A stretch of 64,000 bases of DNA from Acidobacteriota bacterium (GTDB lineage Bacteria > Acidobacteriota > Thermoanaerobaculia > Multivoradales > J023), in assembly GCA_038748685.1 (NCBI GenBank), contig JBCDIS010000018.1:1-64000 (forward strand). Direction: 5' to 3'. A program made the translations under genes and the position numbers. How positions within the stretch are numbered: position 1 is the stretch's first letter; each line of letters opens with the position of its first letter. Below, one piece after another: positions 1 to 9,201 of the stretch. The notes under the pieces were generated by a model that did no database searches, was not told where the DNA came from, and was given only the letters and a program-made list of their open reading frames with translations.

Positions 1-1001
1 ACGAGATCGCCAAGATCGAGATCAAGAAGGGCGACGACACCACCGTTCTCGAGCGCACCGAGACTGGGGACCGCTTCGTCCTCGCCAGCGCCGACGGCTA
101 CTACGCCGCCAACGGTGAGGTGAACCGCTTCATCAAGGACGTCCTCGGCATCGGCCTCGAAAAGGAGGTCGGTGAGAACGAGGGCCTCCACGATGAGCTG
201 GGGCTCGTCTCCGGTGGAGAGGAGACCCTCGAAGTGGCGTTCACGGGCGCCGCCGGCAAGGAGATGGTCCGCTTCCTCGTGGGCAACGCCGACGAAGGGG
301 GCGTGGGCAGCTACGTTCGCCGCGCCGACGCCGGCGATTCCACCGTCTACCTCACCGAGCGTCGGGTGTACCTCGATACCGATGCCGAATCCTTCCTCGA
401 CAAGCAGATCCTTGACGTCCAGCGGGACGCCGTAGTGTCGATCCGCGGCGCCGGCTACAGCTTCGCGCGGGCCGGCGTGGCGCTACCCCAGGCCCGCGCC
501 GAAGGGGCGGCGGACTCCCCGGCGGACGACGGCGCCGTAGAGGGGGAGGCCGCCGAGGGGGAGGACCTCGAACCCGGGGAGCTCGAGTTGGCGGATCTGC
601 CGGAGGGTAAGAAGGAGAGCCCCAAGGCGGGCCAGCTGAAGGGGGCGCTGTCGAACCTGCGGTTCACCGAGCACCACCTGGCCAACGCCGCGGAAGTGGC
701 GGGGCTGGCCTTCGACACCTCGGTCGAGTTCCTCCTCGACGACGGCTCCGGCTACCTGGTCTCCCTGGCGCAGAGCGGCGACAAGCACTTCCTGAAGGTG
801 GAGGCGTTCCACACCGCCGGCCGCATCATGATCGCCCAGGACGCCGACGAGGACGAGGTCCGGGAGACCTCGGAGATCCTCGAACGGGCCGACGAGATCC
901 AGCTGTGGAACGCCTTCCACGGCTCGTGGGTGTACGGGGTCACCGACGTGGTGGCCAACCGGTTCCGGGGGACCGCCGCGGAGCTGGTGGAAGACGCCTG
1001 A
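1..1001 (+). CDS. hypothetical protein, 5' end outside the window (reading phase starts at nt 3); has an acidic Ala/Glu/Gly-rich internal linker
   Basis: The frame is open from the window edge (EIAKIEIKKGDDTTVLER...) to the TGA at 999-1001. The listed GTG ORF at 120 is only the internal part. Composition matches neighbouring genes, and no catalytic motif was recognised. Confidence 0.55.
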   Translation, partial: EIAKIEIKKGDDTTVLERTETGDRFVLASADGYYAANGEVNRFIKDVLGIGLEKEVGENEGLHDELGLVSGGEETLEVAFTGAAGKEMVRFLVGNADEGGVGSYVRRADAGDSTVYLTERRVYLDTDAESFLDKQILDVQRDAVVSIRGAGYSFARAGVALPQARAEGAADSPADDGAVEGEAAEGEDLEPGELELADLPEGKKESPKAGQLKGALSNLRFTEHHLANAAEVAGLAFDTSVEFLLDDGSGYLVSLAQSGDKHFLKVEAFHTAGRIMIAQDADEDEVRETSEILERADEIQLWNAFHGSWVYGVTDVVANRFRGTAAELVEDA

Positions 1002-1032
1002 TCCACGTGCTCCGCCCCCGCGCGGGCCGCAC

Positions 1033-1635
1033 TCAGCCTTCGAGGCGGATGCGGCCCGTGGTGGCGTCCACGAGGTCCCGCCGCACGGTCTCCAGATCCT
1101 CCACCGGCACCGCCAGCTCCATCCGCACGTCGGCTCCGTACTCCGCGCCGCCGGCCTCCAGGCCGTGGGCCGCCAACACCCCCTGGACGGGGCCGGTGAG
1201 GTCGTAGGAGAAGGCCAGGCGGAGGGGCGAGGTGACCCGGGTCTCTACCACTTCCGCCAGGTCCAACACTTCGGCGGCTGCGCCGCCGTAGGCTCGCTGG
1301 AGGCCGCCGGTGCCGAGCTTGGTCCCTCCGTAGTAGCGGGTGACCACGACCGCCACGCCGGAGAGGCGCCGGCCGTCGATCTCCTGCAGGATGGGCCGCC
1401 CGGCGGTGCCGGAGGGCTCCCCGTCGTCGCTGTAGCGGAAGTCCTCGGAACCTGTGGCGAGGCGCCAGGCGTAGCAGTTGTGGGTGGCGTCCCGGAACTC
1501 CTCCCGGATCTCGGCGAGTCGCGCCTCGGCGTCATCGCGGCCGCTGATGGGAAGAACGGTGGCGAGGAAGCGGGAGCCTTTGATCTTGTCGATCTCGTGC
1601 CGGAGGGGGCGGGCGACGCGCCGGACGGTGGCCAT
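1033..1635 (-). CDS. YigZ/IMPACT family protein (UPF0029)
   Basis: Motifs HNCYAWRL, SDDGEPSGTAGRPIL and YYGGTKLGTGGL fit the IMPACT/YigZ fold. Start moved to the ATG at 1635 (MATVRRV...); the longer ORF start at 1794 adds a P/R-rich extension. Confidence 0.8.
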   Translation of the reverse strand: MATVRRVARPLRHEIDKIKGSRFLATVLPISGRDDAEARLAEIREEFRDATHNCYAWRLATGSEDFRYSDDGEPSGTAGRPILQEIDGRRLSGVAVVVTRYYGGTKLGTGGLQRAYGGAAAEVLDLAEVVETRVTSPLRLAFSYDLTGPVQGVLAAHGLEAGGAEYGADVRMELAVPVEDLETVRRDLVDATTGRIRLEG

Positions 1636-1773
1636 GGCCGGAGGATACCGCTGAATCGGCGACGACTGCCGTAGGAGACGGCGGGGGAGGGGACCTTGGT
1701 AGGCTTGGGGACCGATCTCCGCAAGGAAACGCATCCCTAGAACCCAGGTCCAGGCACGGCGGACCGCGGCCCG

Positions 1774-2994
1774 GTGGAGGGGCAACCCATGCAACTCGAT
1801 TCGACACCCAAGCTCGGTGGATGGCTCCAGGAGGGGCCGCCGGCGGCCCCCGCCGTGGGCCTGAACTTGCCCCCTTGGACTCCGGAGCCGGTCGTCGAGG
1901 TGTGGCGTTCCCTGGAGGCCTACCCGCTGGCGGCGGCGGCGGTGATCCTGGTCCTGTCGTACGTCGCGGCCAAGCTCACCGAAGTGGTGATGCGCCGGGT
2001 GGCCCGCCGGCTGGCGGCCAAGACCGAGACCGACATCGACGATCAGCTGATCGACCTCTTCGAGCGGCCCATCTTCCTGACGGTTTTCCTCTTCGGCCTC
2101 GCCCTCGCCACCCGCAGCCTGGAGCTGCCGGAGCCGTTCACCCGCCGCACCATCGACGTGCTTCAGACGTTCGTCGTGCTGTCGTGGCTCGGCGCCGGCC
2201 TGCCGGCGAGCCGCCTCTTCCTCGATGCTCTAGGGTCCCTCAGGCATCGCTTCCCGCTGGTGGAGGAGCGGACCATACCGCTCTTCGACATCCTCTCGAA
2301 GCTGCTCCTCTTCGGCGGCGCCACCTACGTGCTGATCACCATCTGGGGAATCGACCCGGCCCCCTGGCTGGCCTCCGCCGGCGTCGTGGGCATCGCCGTC
2401 GGTTTCGCCGCCCGGGACACCCTGGCGAACCTCTTCGCCGGCATCTTCATCGTCGCCGACGCCCCCTACAAGCTTGGGGATTACATTATCCTCGACACCG
2501 GCGAGCGGGGTCGGGTGACGCAGGTAGGCATCCGCTCCACCCGGCTCCTCACCCGAGACGACATCGAGATCACGGTGCCGAATTCGGTGATCGGCAACGC
2601 CAAGATCATCAACGAGAGCGGCGGGCCCTGGGAGAAGGAGCGGATCCGCATCAAGGTGGGGGTGGCCTACGGGTCCGACGTCGACCGGGTGTGCGAGCTG
2701 CTGAAGGCCATCGCCGTCGAGCACGACCACATCTGCCCCAACCCGGTGCCCCGGGTGCGGATGCGGGGTTTCGGCGATTCCAGTCTCGATTTCGAGCTCC
2801 TGTGCTGGATCGACGAGCCCGAGCTGCGGGGCAAGCTCAGCCACGAGATGTACATGGACGTCTACAAGACCTTCGCCCGGGAGAACGTCGAGATTCCCTT
2901 CCCGCAGCGGGACCTGTGGGTCCGCGGCATGCCGAAGGGGGAGGCCGTCGTCGTCGGCGAGGAACCCGGGGAGCGGGGGGACGGGGTCAGTTGA
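1774..2994 (+). CDS. mechanosensitive ion channel, MscS family
   Basis: N-terminal transmembrane helices are followed by the conserved MscS core (ANLFAGIFIVADAPYKLGDYIILDTGERGRVTQVGIRSTRLLTRDDIEITVPNS). The start could instead be the second ATG at 1789. Confidence 0.85.
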   Translation: MEGQPMQLDSTPKLGGWLQEGPPAAPAVGLNLPPWTPEPVVEVWRSLEAYPLAAAAVILVLSYVAAKLTEVVMRRVARRLAAKTETDIDDQLIDLFERPIFLTVFLFGLALATRSLELPEPFTRRTIDVLQTFVVLSWLGAGLPASRLFLDALGSLRHRFPLVEERTIPLFDILSKLLLFGGATYVLITIWGIDPAPWLASAGVVGIAVGFAARDTLANLFAGIFIVADAPYKLGDYIILDTGERGRVTQVGIRSTRLLTRDDIEITVPNSVIGNAKIINESGGPWEKERIRIKVGVAYGSDVDRVCELLKAIAVEHDHICPNPVPRVRMRGFGDSSLDFELLCWIDEPELRGKLSHEMYMDVYKTFARENVEIPFPQRDLWVRGMPKGEAVVVGEEPGERGDGVS

Positions 2995-4681
2995 GGTAGC
3001 CGAGGGATTCGAGCTGCTTCAGGACCTCGGCGTCCACCCCCTCGGGGCGATGGATCTCGGGGATGTAGGGCTTACCGTCGCCGTAGCTGGCGACGGTCTC
3101 CACGTCGGTCAGGGCGGCGTCGCAGAACGCCTCCCGCATCACCGTTCCCTGCAGATCCTCCGCCACCGGCAGGCTGAGCCCCGCCATCAGGGTCGGCAGG
3201 ATGTCGTAGATGGAGTAGTCGCTCTCCAGCTTTTGGTCGGCGCGGATCCCCGGGCCGTTCATCACCACGATTCCCGGGGGGGCCGTTTTGTGCTCTCCGG
3301 GGAGGTCCGGGTCGTCGTTGGTCTCGAAGCCGTGGTCCGAGAGCAGCAGGATAGCGGTCTCGGGGTCGCGGCGGGCCATGAAGCGACCGAGCCACTCGTC
3401 CATGTAGACGTAAAACGCCGAGAGGGTATCGCCGTACTTATCCAGCTCGGCGTCCAGCGCGGCGCGCTGGGCGTCGGTCCAGGGCATGGACTCGAAGAGG
3501 GAGGGGTCGGGGTAGTAGTAGAAGCGGTGGGCCGCCCAGTCGATGCTCTGGAAGTGGATCATCGCCAGGTCGGGTTTGACCTCGTCGTAGAACGCGTCGG
3601 CCACCTCGGCGATGAGGGTGTCGAAGGTGAGTGCCTTGGCCAAGAAGTACGGTTTCTGATCGGCGTCGTCTACGAGCGTGCGGGACCGGCGCACGAAATC
3701 GGTGACTTCGTCGTCGTCGAGATCGGCGAAGCGCTGGACGTCGTCGAGGATCCTGCGGTCCACCTCCCGCTGGATCTCGAGCACCTCCTCGAGGGAGGCC
3801 TGGGGGTAGACCAAGCTGGTGGCGAGGGCCGCGCTGGTGCTCGCCGAGCCGAAGTTCATGGCCTGGGCGATGGAGTCCTGCACCAGGTAGTTGGACACCA
3901 TCATCCCTTCCACCGGCTCCACCGGGAAGGTGTTGTGGTAGCCCACCAGCATCACCGGTCGACCCCGGTCCGACAGCTCGTTCCACACCGCCCGGGACCT
4001 ACGGTCGGCGTTGGAATATAGCTGCCGGTCCAGCTTGCCCCAGTTCAGGGCCCGTTCGAGCCAGCGTTCGAGCCGCGGTTTCTGGTTGTAGAAGTGGAGA
4101 ATGCCGTGGCGTCCCGGGGTCCGCCCGGTGGCGATGGTGGTCCACACCGCCGGCGACAGGGTGGGGATCATGGACGCGAGGGTGCCGTAGCTGCCCCCCC
4201 GCATCAGCGCCTCGAGGTGGGGCAGACGTCCGGCGTCCAGAAGGGGTAGGACCTCGTCCCAGTCGGCGCCGTCCCAGCCGATGACGATCCATTTGCTCGG
4301 CAGCGTATTGCACGCCTGGACCGGGTCGACGGCCGCGTCGCCGTCGGTAGCGGCATCCGGTCCCGCATCGCCGTCCGTGCCCGTATCCGGTTCCGCTTCG
4401 CCGTCGGTACCGGTCTTCGGATCCGTGTCGTCGCCCGCAGCGGTATCCGGTTCCGCGTCGTCATCCGTGCCCGTATCCGGTTCCGCCGGGTCGGGGGTGG
4501 CGGCGGCCCACGGGGGGCTCCAATCGTCGAGAACCGACGGGCGCAGCACCGGACTGTAGTCGGGGGTCGGGGCGAGGATCGCGTCGTAAAGGGTCAGGGC
4601 GCCGAGCAGGCCCACGACGAGCACGGAGAGGACGGCGAGGATGCGGACGGGAAGCGGCAAGTCTTTCGACAGAAAGGGCAC
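2987..4681 (-). CDS. membrane-anchored alkaline-phosphatase-superfamily protein (type I phosphodiesterase / nucleotide pyrophosphatase-like) with an acidic tandem-repeat linker
   Basis: An N-terminal TM anchor is followed by a D/T/G/E-rich repeat region. The AlkP-like core is IGWDGADWDEVLPLL...TLSPAVWTTIATGRTPGRHGI, with a DHG motif later. Its 3' end overlaps the 3' end of MscS by 8 nt (convergent). Confidence 0.7.
   Translation of the reverse strand: MPFLSKDLPLPVRILAVLSVLVVGLLGALTLYDAILAPTPDYSPVLRPSVLDDWSPPWAAATPDPAEPDTGTDDDAEPDTAAGDDTDPKTGTDGEAEPDTGTDGDAGPDAATDGDAAVDPVQACNTLPSKWIVIGWDGADWDEVLPLLDAGRLPHLEALMRGGSYGTLASMIPTLSPAVWTTIATGRTPGRHGILHFYNQKPRLERWLERALNWGKLDRQLYSNADRRSRAVWNELSDRGRPVMLVGYHNTFPVEPVEGMMVSNYLVQDSIAQAMNFGSASTSAALATSLVYPQASLEEVLEIQREVDRRILDDVQRFADLDDDEVTDFVRRSRTLVDDADQKPYFLAKALTFDTLIAEVADAFYDEVKPDLAMIHFQSIDWAAHRFYYYPDPSLFESMPWTDAQRAALDAELDKYGDTLSAFYVYMDEWLGRFMARRDPETAILLLSDHGFETNDDPDLPGEHKTAPPGIVVMNGPGIRADQKLESDYSIYDILPTLMAGLSLPVAEDLQGTVMREAFCDAALTDVETVASYGDGKPYIPEIHRPEGVDAEVLKQLESLGYLN
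4316..4500 (-). repeat. degenerate in-frame tandem repeat (about 30-48 nt units) encoding (P/A)DTGTDGDAE-type acidic repeats inside the phosphatase-family gene
   Basis: Near-identical DNA strings (tcgccgtccgtgcccgtatccggttccgc twice, plus related copies) match the protein repeat EPDTGTDDDAEPDTAAGDDTDPKTGTDGEAEPDTGTDGDAGPDAATDGDA. Confidence 0.5.
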
Positions 4682-4963
4682 GATAGAAGTCGATTCTGGT
4701 GTGGGAAGTGACGAGGGGTCTTCGAGCGGCTCGGGACGGCGCGGGGGGAGGAGCGGATTCGTCCCGCGGTGGTTCCCGCGGCGGGGGGTGGGGCCGGCAC
4801 GGCGAGGGTCATCGCGGAGCGGCTGGATCTTACTACAGCGGGGGGTGGAGCCGGATCGGCGGGGGTCCGCGGCTCCGCCGGGTGGCCAAGCCTCCAGCGC
4901 CGCCTGCCAAGCGACCGTGTTCTATGCCCGCCAGTCACTCGCCGGCGCGTCTTGAATGCTGAG

Positions 4964-5866
4964 CTAAACCTCGACGACGCCTGGCAGTTCGCGGTAGAGA
5001 TGGTCCGCGAACGCCTCGACCGCCGGCAATCGACCCCGCCGCGTGGGCATGAGCATGCTCAGCTGCGCGTCGGCGGCGATCCAGCCGGGGAGCACGCGAA
5101 CGAGGTTCCCTGCCTCGACTTCACGGCGACAGACGTAGCCAGGCAGGGCGACGATACCCAGGCCAGCGGCCGCCGCTTGTTTGAGCGTCGACATGTCGTC
5201 GCTACACAAGCGGGGGCGGAAGGGGATTGCGGTCCGGATATCGTCGGGACCGCGCAGCGACCACTGGCCGAGCTCATTCTCGCAGCCGACCTTGAGGCCG
5301 GAGTGGCCCTCGAGCTCTTCCGGGGTCGCGGGTACGTCCGCGCGCTCGAAGTATGTCGGGCCAGCGAATAGATACCAGGGAGCCCGCACGACCCGTCGCT
5401 GGATCAAGCTCGAGTCTGGCAGCGGCCCTACATGGCCGCGCAGCACAATGTCGACACCCGCTTCGATCGGGTCGATCGTTTCGTTGGTGACGTTCTGGAT
5501 CACGTCGATCTTTGGGTGGTCAATGAGGAAGTCCCTAACGAGCTCGGCGAGGGCGAACCGGGCCATGCCTACGGAACACCACAGCCGAACCCGTCCCGAT
5601 AGCGTGTTGGTCCAGCGCTTGACCTCGGCTTCCGCAGCCTCGACGCCATCGATCGCTTCGCGGGCATAGCGATAGAAGACCTCGCCGGTTTCGGTGACGA
5701 CGAATTGCCGCGAAGTCCTCTGAATCAGGCGCACCCCGAGTCGCTTTTCGAGCTGCTGCACATGGCGACTGAGTCTCGACTTGGGTACGCCGAGGAAGCG
5801 GCCGGCGGCTGTGAATCCGCGCCGTTCCACGACGTGGACGAAGTACAGATAGTCGTTGAGATCCAT
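4964..5866 (-). CDS. LysR-family transcriptional regulator
   Basis: The N-terminal HTH (MDLNDYLYFVHVVERRGFTAAGRFLGVPKSRLSRHVQQLEKRLGVRLIQRTSRQ) is followed by a LysR substrate-binding domain. The start is set at the ATG at 5866; it is divergent from the pirin gene. Confidence 0.85.
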   Translation of the reverse strand: MDLNDYLYFVHVVERRGFTAAGRFLGVPKSRLSRHVQQLEKRLGVRLIQRTSRQFVVTETGEVFYRYAREAIDGVEAAEAEVKRWTNTLSGRVRLWCSVGMARFALAELVRDFLIDHPKIDVIQNVTNETIDPIEAGVDIVLRGHVGPLPDSSLIQRRVVRAPWYLFAGPTYFERADVPATPEELEGHSGLKVGCENELGQWSLRGPDDIRTAIPFRPRLCSDDMSTLKQAAAAGLGIVALPGYVCRREVEAGNLVRVLPGWIAADAQLSMLMPTRRGRLPAVEAFADHLYRELPGVVEV

Positions 5867-5896
5867 GGTGACGATGCAGCCTTGGTGCTTTGATAG

Positions 5897-5910
5897 TTCT
5901 AAAAATAGAA
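5897..5910. promoter_or_regulatory. candidate LysR box (T-N11-A palindrome TTCTAAAAATAGAA) in the LysR/pirin divergent intergenic region
   Basis: A perfect 14-bp inverted repeat, TTCTA-AAAA-TAGAA, sits in an AT-rich stretch between the divergently transcribed LysR and pirin/isochorismatase genes. Confidence 0.4.
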
Positions 5911-6020
5911 CAATACATTGCATTCATGACTGTTGTCGAGGGCTAATGTCCTACGTACGATGCCATTGAGCTCGTTGGAGCGCACCACTTCCGGTCTCTA
6001 TAAACCCACGGAGCCAGACC

Positions 6021-6890
6021 ATGAACACGGACCGTCCCACCAGAGTCGAGCACCCCGTTGTCACCGACCCCGTTCGCGGACGTCAGATCGATATCGGCGC
6101 GGGATTCTCCGCGATGAGCTTCGACCACAAGCAGTTCGACGGCCTGATGGATCCGCTCGTCATGGTGGACCACTTCACCATGAGCGAGCCGACCTTTGGG
6201 CCGCACCCCCACGCCGGGATGTCAGCGGTTTCGGTGCTGTTCGAGGACAGCCGGGGCCTGTTCCATAACCGTGACTCCCTCGGCCACGACATCGACCTCG
6301 AGCCCGGTGACCTGTACTGGCTCAAGGCCGGGCGTGGGGCGGTGCACGATGAAGGCCCGCGGCCTGGATCCCAGACCCACGCCCTCCAGGTCTTCGTCAA
6401 CCTTCCCGCGGCGGCCAAGCGCGACGCGCCGGACTCGTTGCTCGTCCGTGCTGACGATATGCCCGAGCTCCGCGGCGGAGGGTACCGCGTTCGGGTAGTT
6501 CTCGGCGGCAGCAACGGGGTGTCGGGTTTCGCTTCTCCGGCCTCGCCCCTGACCATCCTCGACGCTCATCTCGAGGCGGGCGGCGGCTTCACGCATCGTC
6601 TGCCCAGCGGCCATCACGCCTGGATTCATGCGGTCCGCGGCGGTGGGCAGGTCATCGTCGGCGACGCGGTCGTGTCACTGGCTCGCGGCGACGCCGTCGC
6701 CGTGGGCGGCCACGTCAAGGCCGCGGCGCTGGAGCTGCGCAGCAAGGCAGGCGCCGAGCTCGTGCTTCTCCAAGGCCAGCCACTCAGAGAGCCCATCGCC
6801 CAACGCGGGCCCTTCGTCATGAATACCACCGAGGAGCTCGCCGCCGTCGCCGCGGCCCACGCCGCTGGCGAGCTCGGCTCCATCGGCTGA
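6021..6890 (+). CDS. pirin-family protein (cupin)
   Basis: MSFDHKQFDGLMDPLVMVDHF...FGPHPHAGMSAVSVLFEDSRG matches the pirin N-terminal cupin with its His metal ligands. Confidence 0.85.
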   Translation: MNTDRPTRVEHPVVTDPVRGRQIDIGAGFSAMSFDHKQFDGLMDPLVMVDHFTMSEPTFGPHPHAGMSAVSVLFEDSRGLFHNRDSLGHDIDLEPGDLYWLKAGRGAVHDEGPRPGSQTHALQVFVNLPAAAKRDAPDSLLVRADDMPELRGGGYRVRVVLGGSNGVSGFASPASPLTILDAHLEAGGGFTHRLPSGHHAWIHAVRGGGQVIVGDAVVSLARGDAVAVGGHVKAAALELRSKAGAELVLLQGQPLREPIAQRGPFVMNTTEELAAVAAAHAAGELGSIG

Positions 6891-6943
6891 ATTCCGCCTC
6901 TTTGGCCTCACACAATCACCCAACCCCCAAAAGGAGACCCGTC

Positions 6944-7582
6944 ATGACCGCAAAGCCCTTCAACCCCGAGCCCCTGACCCGAGCCAACGCCGCCCTCGTT
7001 CTCGTCGACCATCAGGTCGGTTTGATGACCGGGATTCGCGACTACTCCGTCGCGGAGCTCAAGCACAATGTCGTTGGCCTGGCGCGCGCAGCCAAGGCCC
7101 TCGGCCTGCCGATCGTGACCACGACGACCTCCGCCGATACCCTTTGGGGTCCGGCCTTCCCCGAGCTCGTGGCAGCCCTCCCCGGGCAGACCTTCATCGA
7201 CCGGACCACGGTCAACGCCTGGGACGACCCCCGCGTCGCCGCGGCGATCAAGGCCACGGGTCGAAAGAAGCTGATCTTCGCCGGCGTGTCCCTCGAAGTT
7301 TGCGCCGCTTTCCCAGCCATGCGCGCGGTCCGAGAGGGCTACGGGGCCTACGTCGCCGTCGATGCGAGCGGCACCTTCAACGGGACCAAGCGCGAGACGG
7401 GCATGCTTCGCCTGGTCCAAAGCGGAGTCGTGGTGGCCGATGGATCGAGCCTGATGGTCGAGATCCTCGGCGACAACGCTCGCCCCGAGGCCGCTGAGGT
7501 CTATGGTGCCCTCGCCATGGACTGGGCGATGCTCGTGGGTCAGGTGCGCAGCACGGCTTCCGCCGTGGCGGCCTTGGCCTGA
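6944..7582 (+). CDS. isochorismatase-family hydrolase (YcaC-like)
   Basis: ALVLVDHQVGLMTGIRD...LGLPIVTTTTSADTLWGP fits the family. An RBS (AAAGGAG) lies 7 nt upstream of the ATG at 6944; the ORF-track start at 6902 is an extension. Confidence 0.8.
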   Translation: MTAKPFNPEPLTRANAALVLVDHQVGLMTGIRDYSVAELKHNVVGLARAAKALGLPIVTTTTSADTLWGPAFPELVAALPGQTFIDRTTVNAWDDPRVAAAIKATGRKKLIFAGVSLEVCAAFPAMRAVREGYGAYVAVDASGTFNGTKRETGMLRLVQSGVVVADGSSLMVEILGDNARPEAAEVYGALAMDWAMLVGQVRSTASAVAALA

Positions 7583-7607
7583 CCTGCACTACGGGCCGAG
7601 TAGAGCC

Positions 7608-7865
7608 ATGTCCAGGCAACCCGAGAACCGAGCGCGACCTTGCGACGCGCCGCCGCGTTACAAGCGAGCGCTCCTGACCTTCGTGGGTCTGCTCGGCCCG
7701 GTCTACCTCGTCCCTCCGGCTCTAGCGGCTTTGGTTCCCGGGCACCCCGTGGCTCTCGTCCCACTGACCGTCGCCTGCATCGTCGTGCTGATGACCTACG
7801 CGATCATGCCGACTTTGGAGCGACTGTTCGGATCCTGGCTGCGGTCGTCGTCGTCGGGCCGTTGA
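7608..7865 (+). CDS. small hypothetical membrane protein (two predicted TM helices)
   Basis: The only hydrophobic, non-P/R-rich part of ORF 7503..7865 (LLTFVGLLGPVYLVPPALAALVPGHPVALVPLTVACIVVLMTYAIM). It is weakly supported. Confidence 0.3.
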   Translation: MSRQPENRARPCDAPPRYKRALLTFVGLLGPVYLVPPALAALVPGHPVALVPLTVACIVVLMTYAIMPTLERLFGSWLRSSSSGR

Positions 7866-7948
7866 AAAGAAAGCCGTTGACAAGAAAGGGGTCCTGTCGG
7901 GCGATATCGGCCCTCAGTCCGGGTTTGAATCCTGCTGATCGCCGCCCT

Positions 7949-9190
7949 TCAGGATTCCCCCGGCCCGCTGGTAGGGGAACGGAGTCCGGTTTCGAGGGGC
8001 GTCGGCTCGGGCAGGGGATCCGGCGGTGCGGCGGCGTCCCCGAGGCGACGGGCCGCCGGCAGCACCCGCCGTTCGAGGGAGCCGAGTGCCTGGTTGTAGG
8101 ACGAGGCGGCGCCGTCCAGACCCTGCCCCAGCTTCGCCAGGTGGGCGAGGAAGCGACCGAGGCGGGCGTAGAGCTCGCGCCCGGCGTCGGCGATCTCGGC
8201 GGCCCCTTGGGCGACCCGCTGCTCACGCCATCCCCACGCCACCGACTTGAGGAGCGCCAGCAGGGTCACGGGGGTGGCCGGCAGCACCCGCTGAGCAACG
8301 CAGAACTCCAGGAGATCCGGATCCCGCTGGAACGCCGCGGAAAGGCCACCCTCGTGGGGCAGGAACATGGCGACGAAATCCGGCGCGTCGGGGAATTGGG
8401 CCCAGTAGCGCTTCGACCCCAGCTCCACCGCCCGCTGGCGGAGGGCCTTGGCGTGGGCGCCGAGGCGGCTGCGGCGATCGGCTCCGTCCGTCGCCTCGGT
8501 AGCTTCCAGGTAGGCCTTCATCGGCGCCTTGGCGTCCACCGGCAGCAGGCCCCGACCCGGCAGGTGGACCACGAGGTCCGGCCGCAGGCCGCCGTCGAGG
8601 GTGGGCTGCTCCGTGAAGTCGACGTGCTCGGTCATCCCCGCCATCTCCACCACCCGGCGCAGCTGGACCTCCCCCCATCGTCCCCGGGGGCCGGATTCGC
8701 GGAGGGCGCGGCTCAGGTCGTGGGCGGTACCGTGGAGCTCGCGGTGGGCGTCCCGGAGGAGCTCCACCTCCTTGCGCAGACCCTCGTAGGCCCCCCGCCG
8801 CTCTTTTTCCAGGGCCCGGACCTGGTCGTCGAGGCCGGCGAGGGATTTCTCCAGGGGCTCCACCACCCCCCGCAGGTGCGCCCGCTGGTCGGCGGCTCCA
8901 CCCTCCAGCACCTGGCGGGCCAGGTCGCGGAAGCTGAGGCGCAGCTGCTCGTGAGCGGTGTGGATCCAGGCCAGCCGCTCGGTGTCGGCCTCGCGGCGGG
9001 CCCGCTCCGCCGCGAGCTCCACCCGCAGGTCGTCCGCCTGCTGGGCGCCGGGCTCCGCCCGCCGTAGACGCTCGTCGAGGAACCGTAGCCGCTCTCGCAG
9101 GGGGTCGAGGCGGGCCCCCAGCCACCACCCCACCGCCGCGCCGCCGATGAGGAGGCCGAGGAGGAACGGGGCGAGGAGCTGGGTGTCCAC
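7949..9190 (-). CDS. rmuC: DNA recombination protein RmuC
   Basis: An N-terminal TM helix and long coiled coil are followed by the conserved RmuC C-terminal nuclease-like domain (VHLPGRGLLPVDAKAPMKAYLEA...FVAMFLPHEG). Confidence 0.85.
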   Translation of the reverse strand: MDTQLLAPFLLGLLIGGAAVGWWLGARLDPLRERLRFLDERLRRAEPGAQQADDLRVELAAERARREADTERLAWIHTAHEQLRLSFRDLARQVLEGGAADQRAHLRGVVEPLEKSLAGLDDQVRALEKERRGAYEGLRKEVELLRDAHRELHGTAHDLSRALRESGPRGRWGEVQLRRVVEMAGMTEHVDFTEQPTLDGGLRPDLVVHLPGRGLLPVDAKAPMKAYLEATEATDGADRRSRLGAHAKALRQRAVELGSKRYWAQFPDAPDFVAMFLPHEGGLSAAFQRDPDLLEFCVAQRVLPATPVTLLALLKSVAWGWREQRVAQGAAEIADAGRELYARLGRFLAHLAKLGQGLDGAASSYNQALGSLERRVLPAARRLGDAAAPPDPLPEPTPLETGLRSPTSGPGES

Positions 9191-9201
9191 GGCCTTCGCC
9201 C

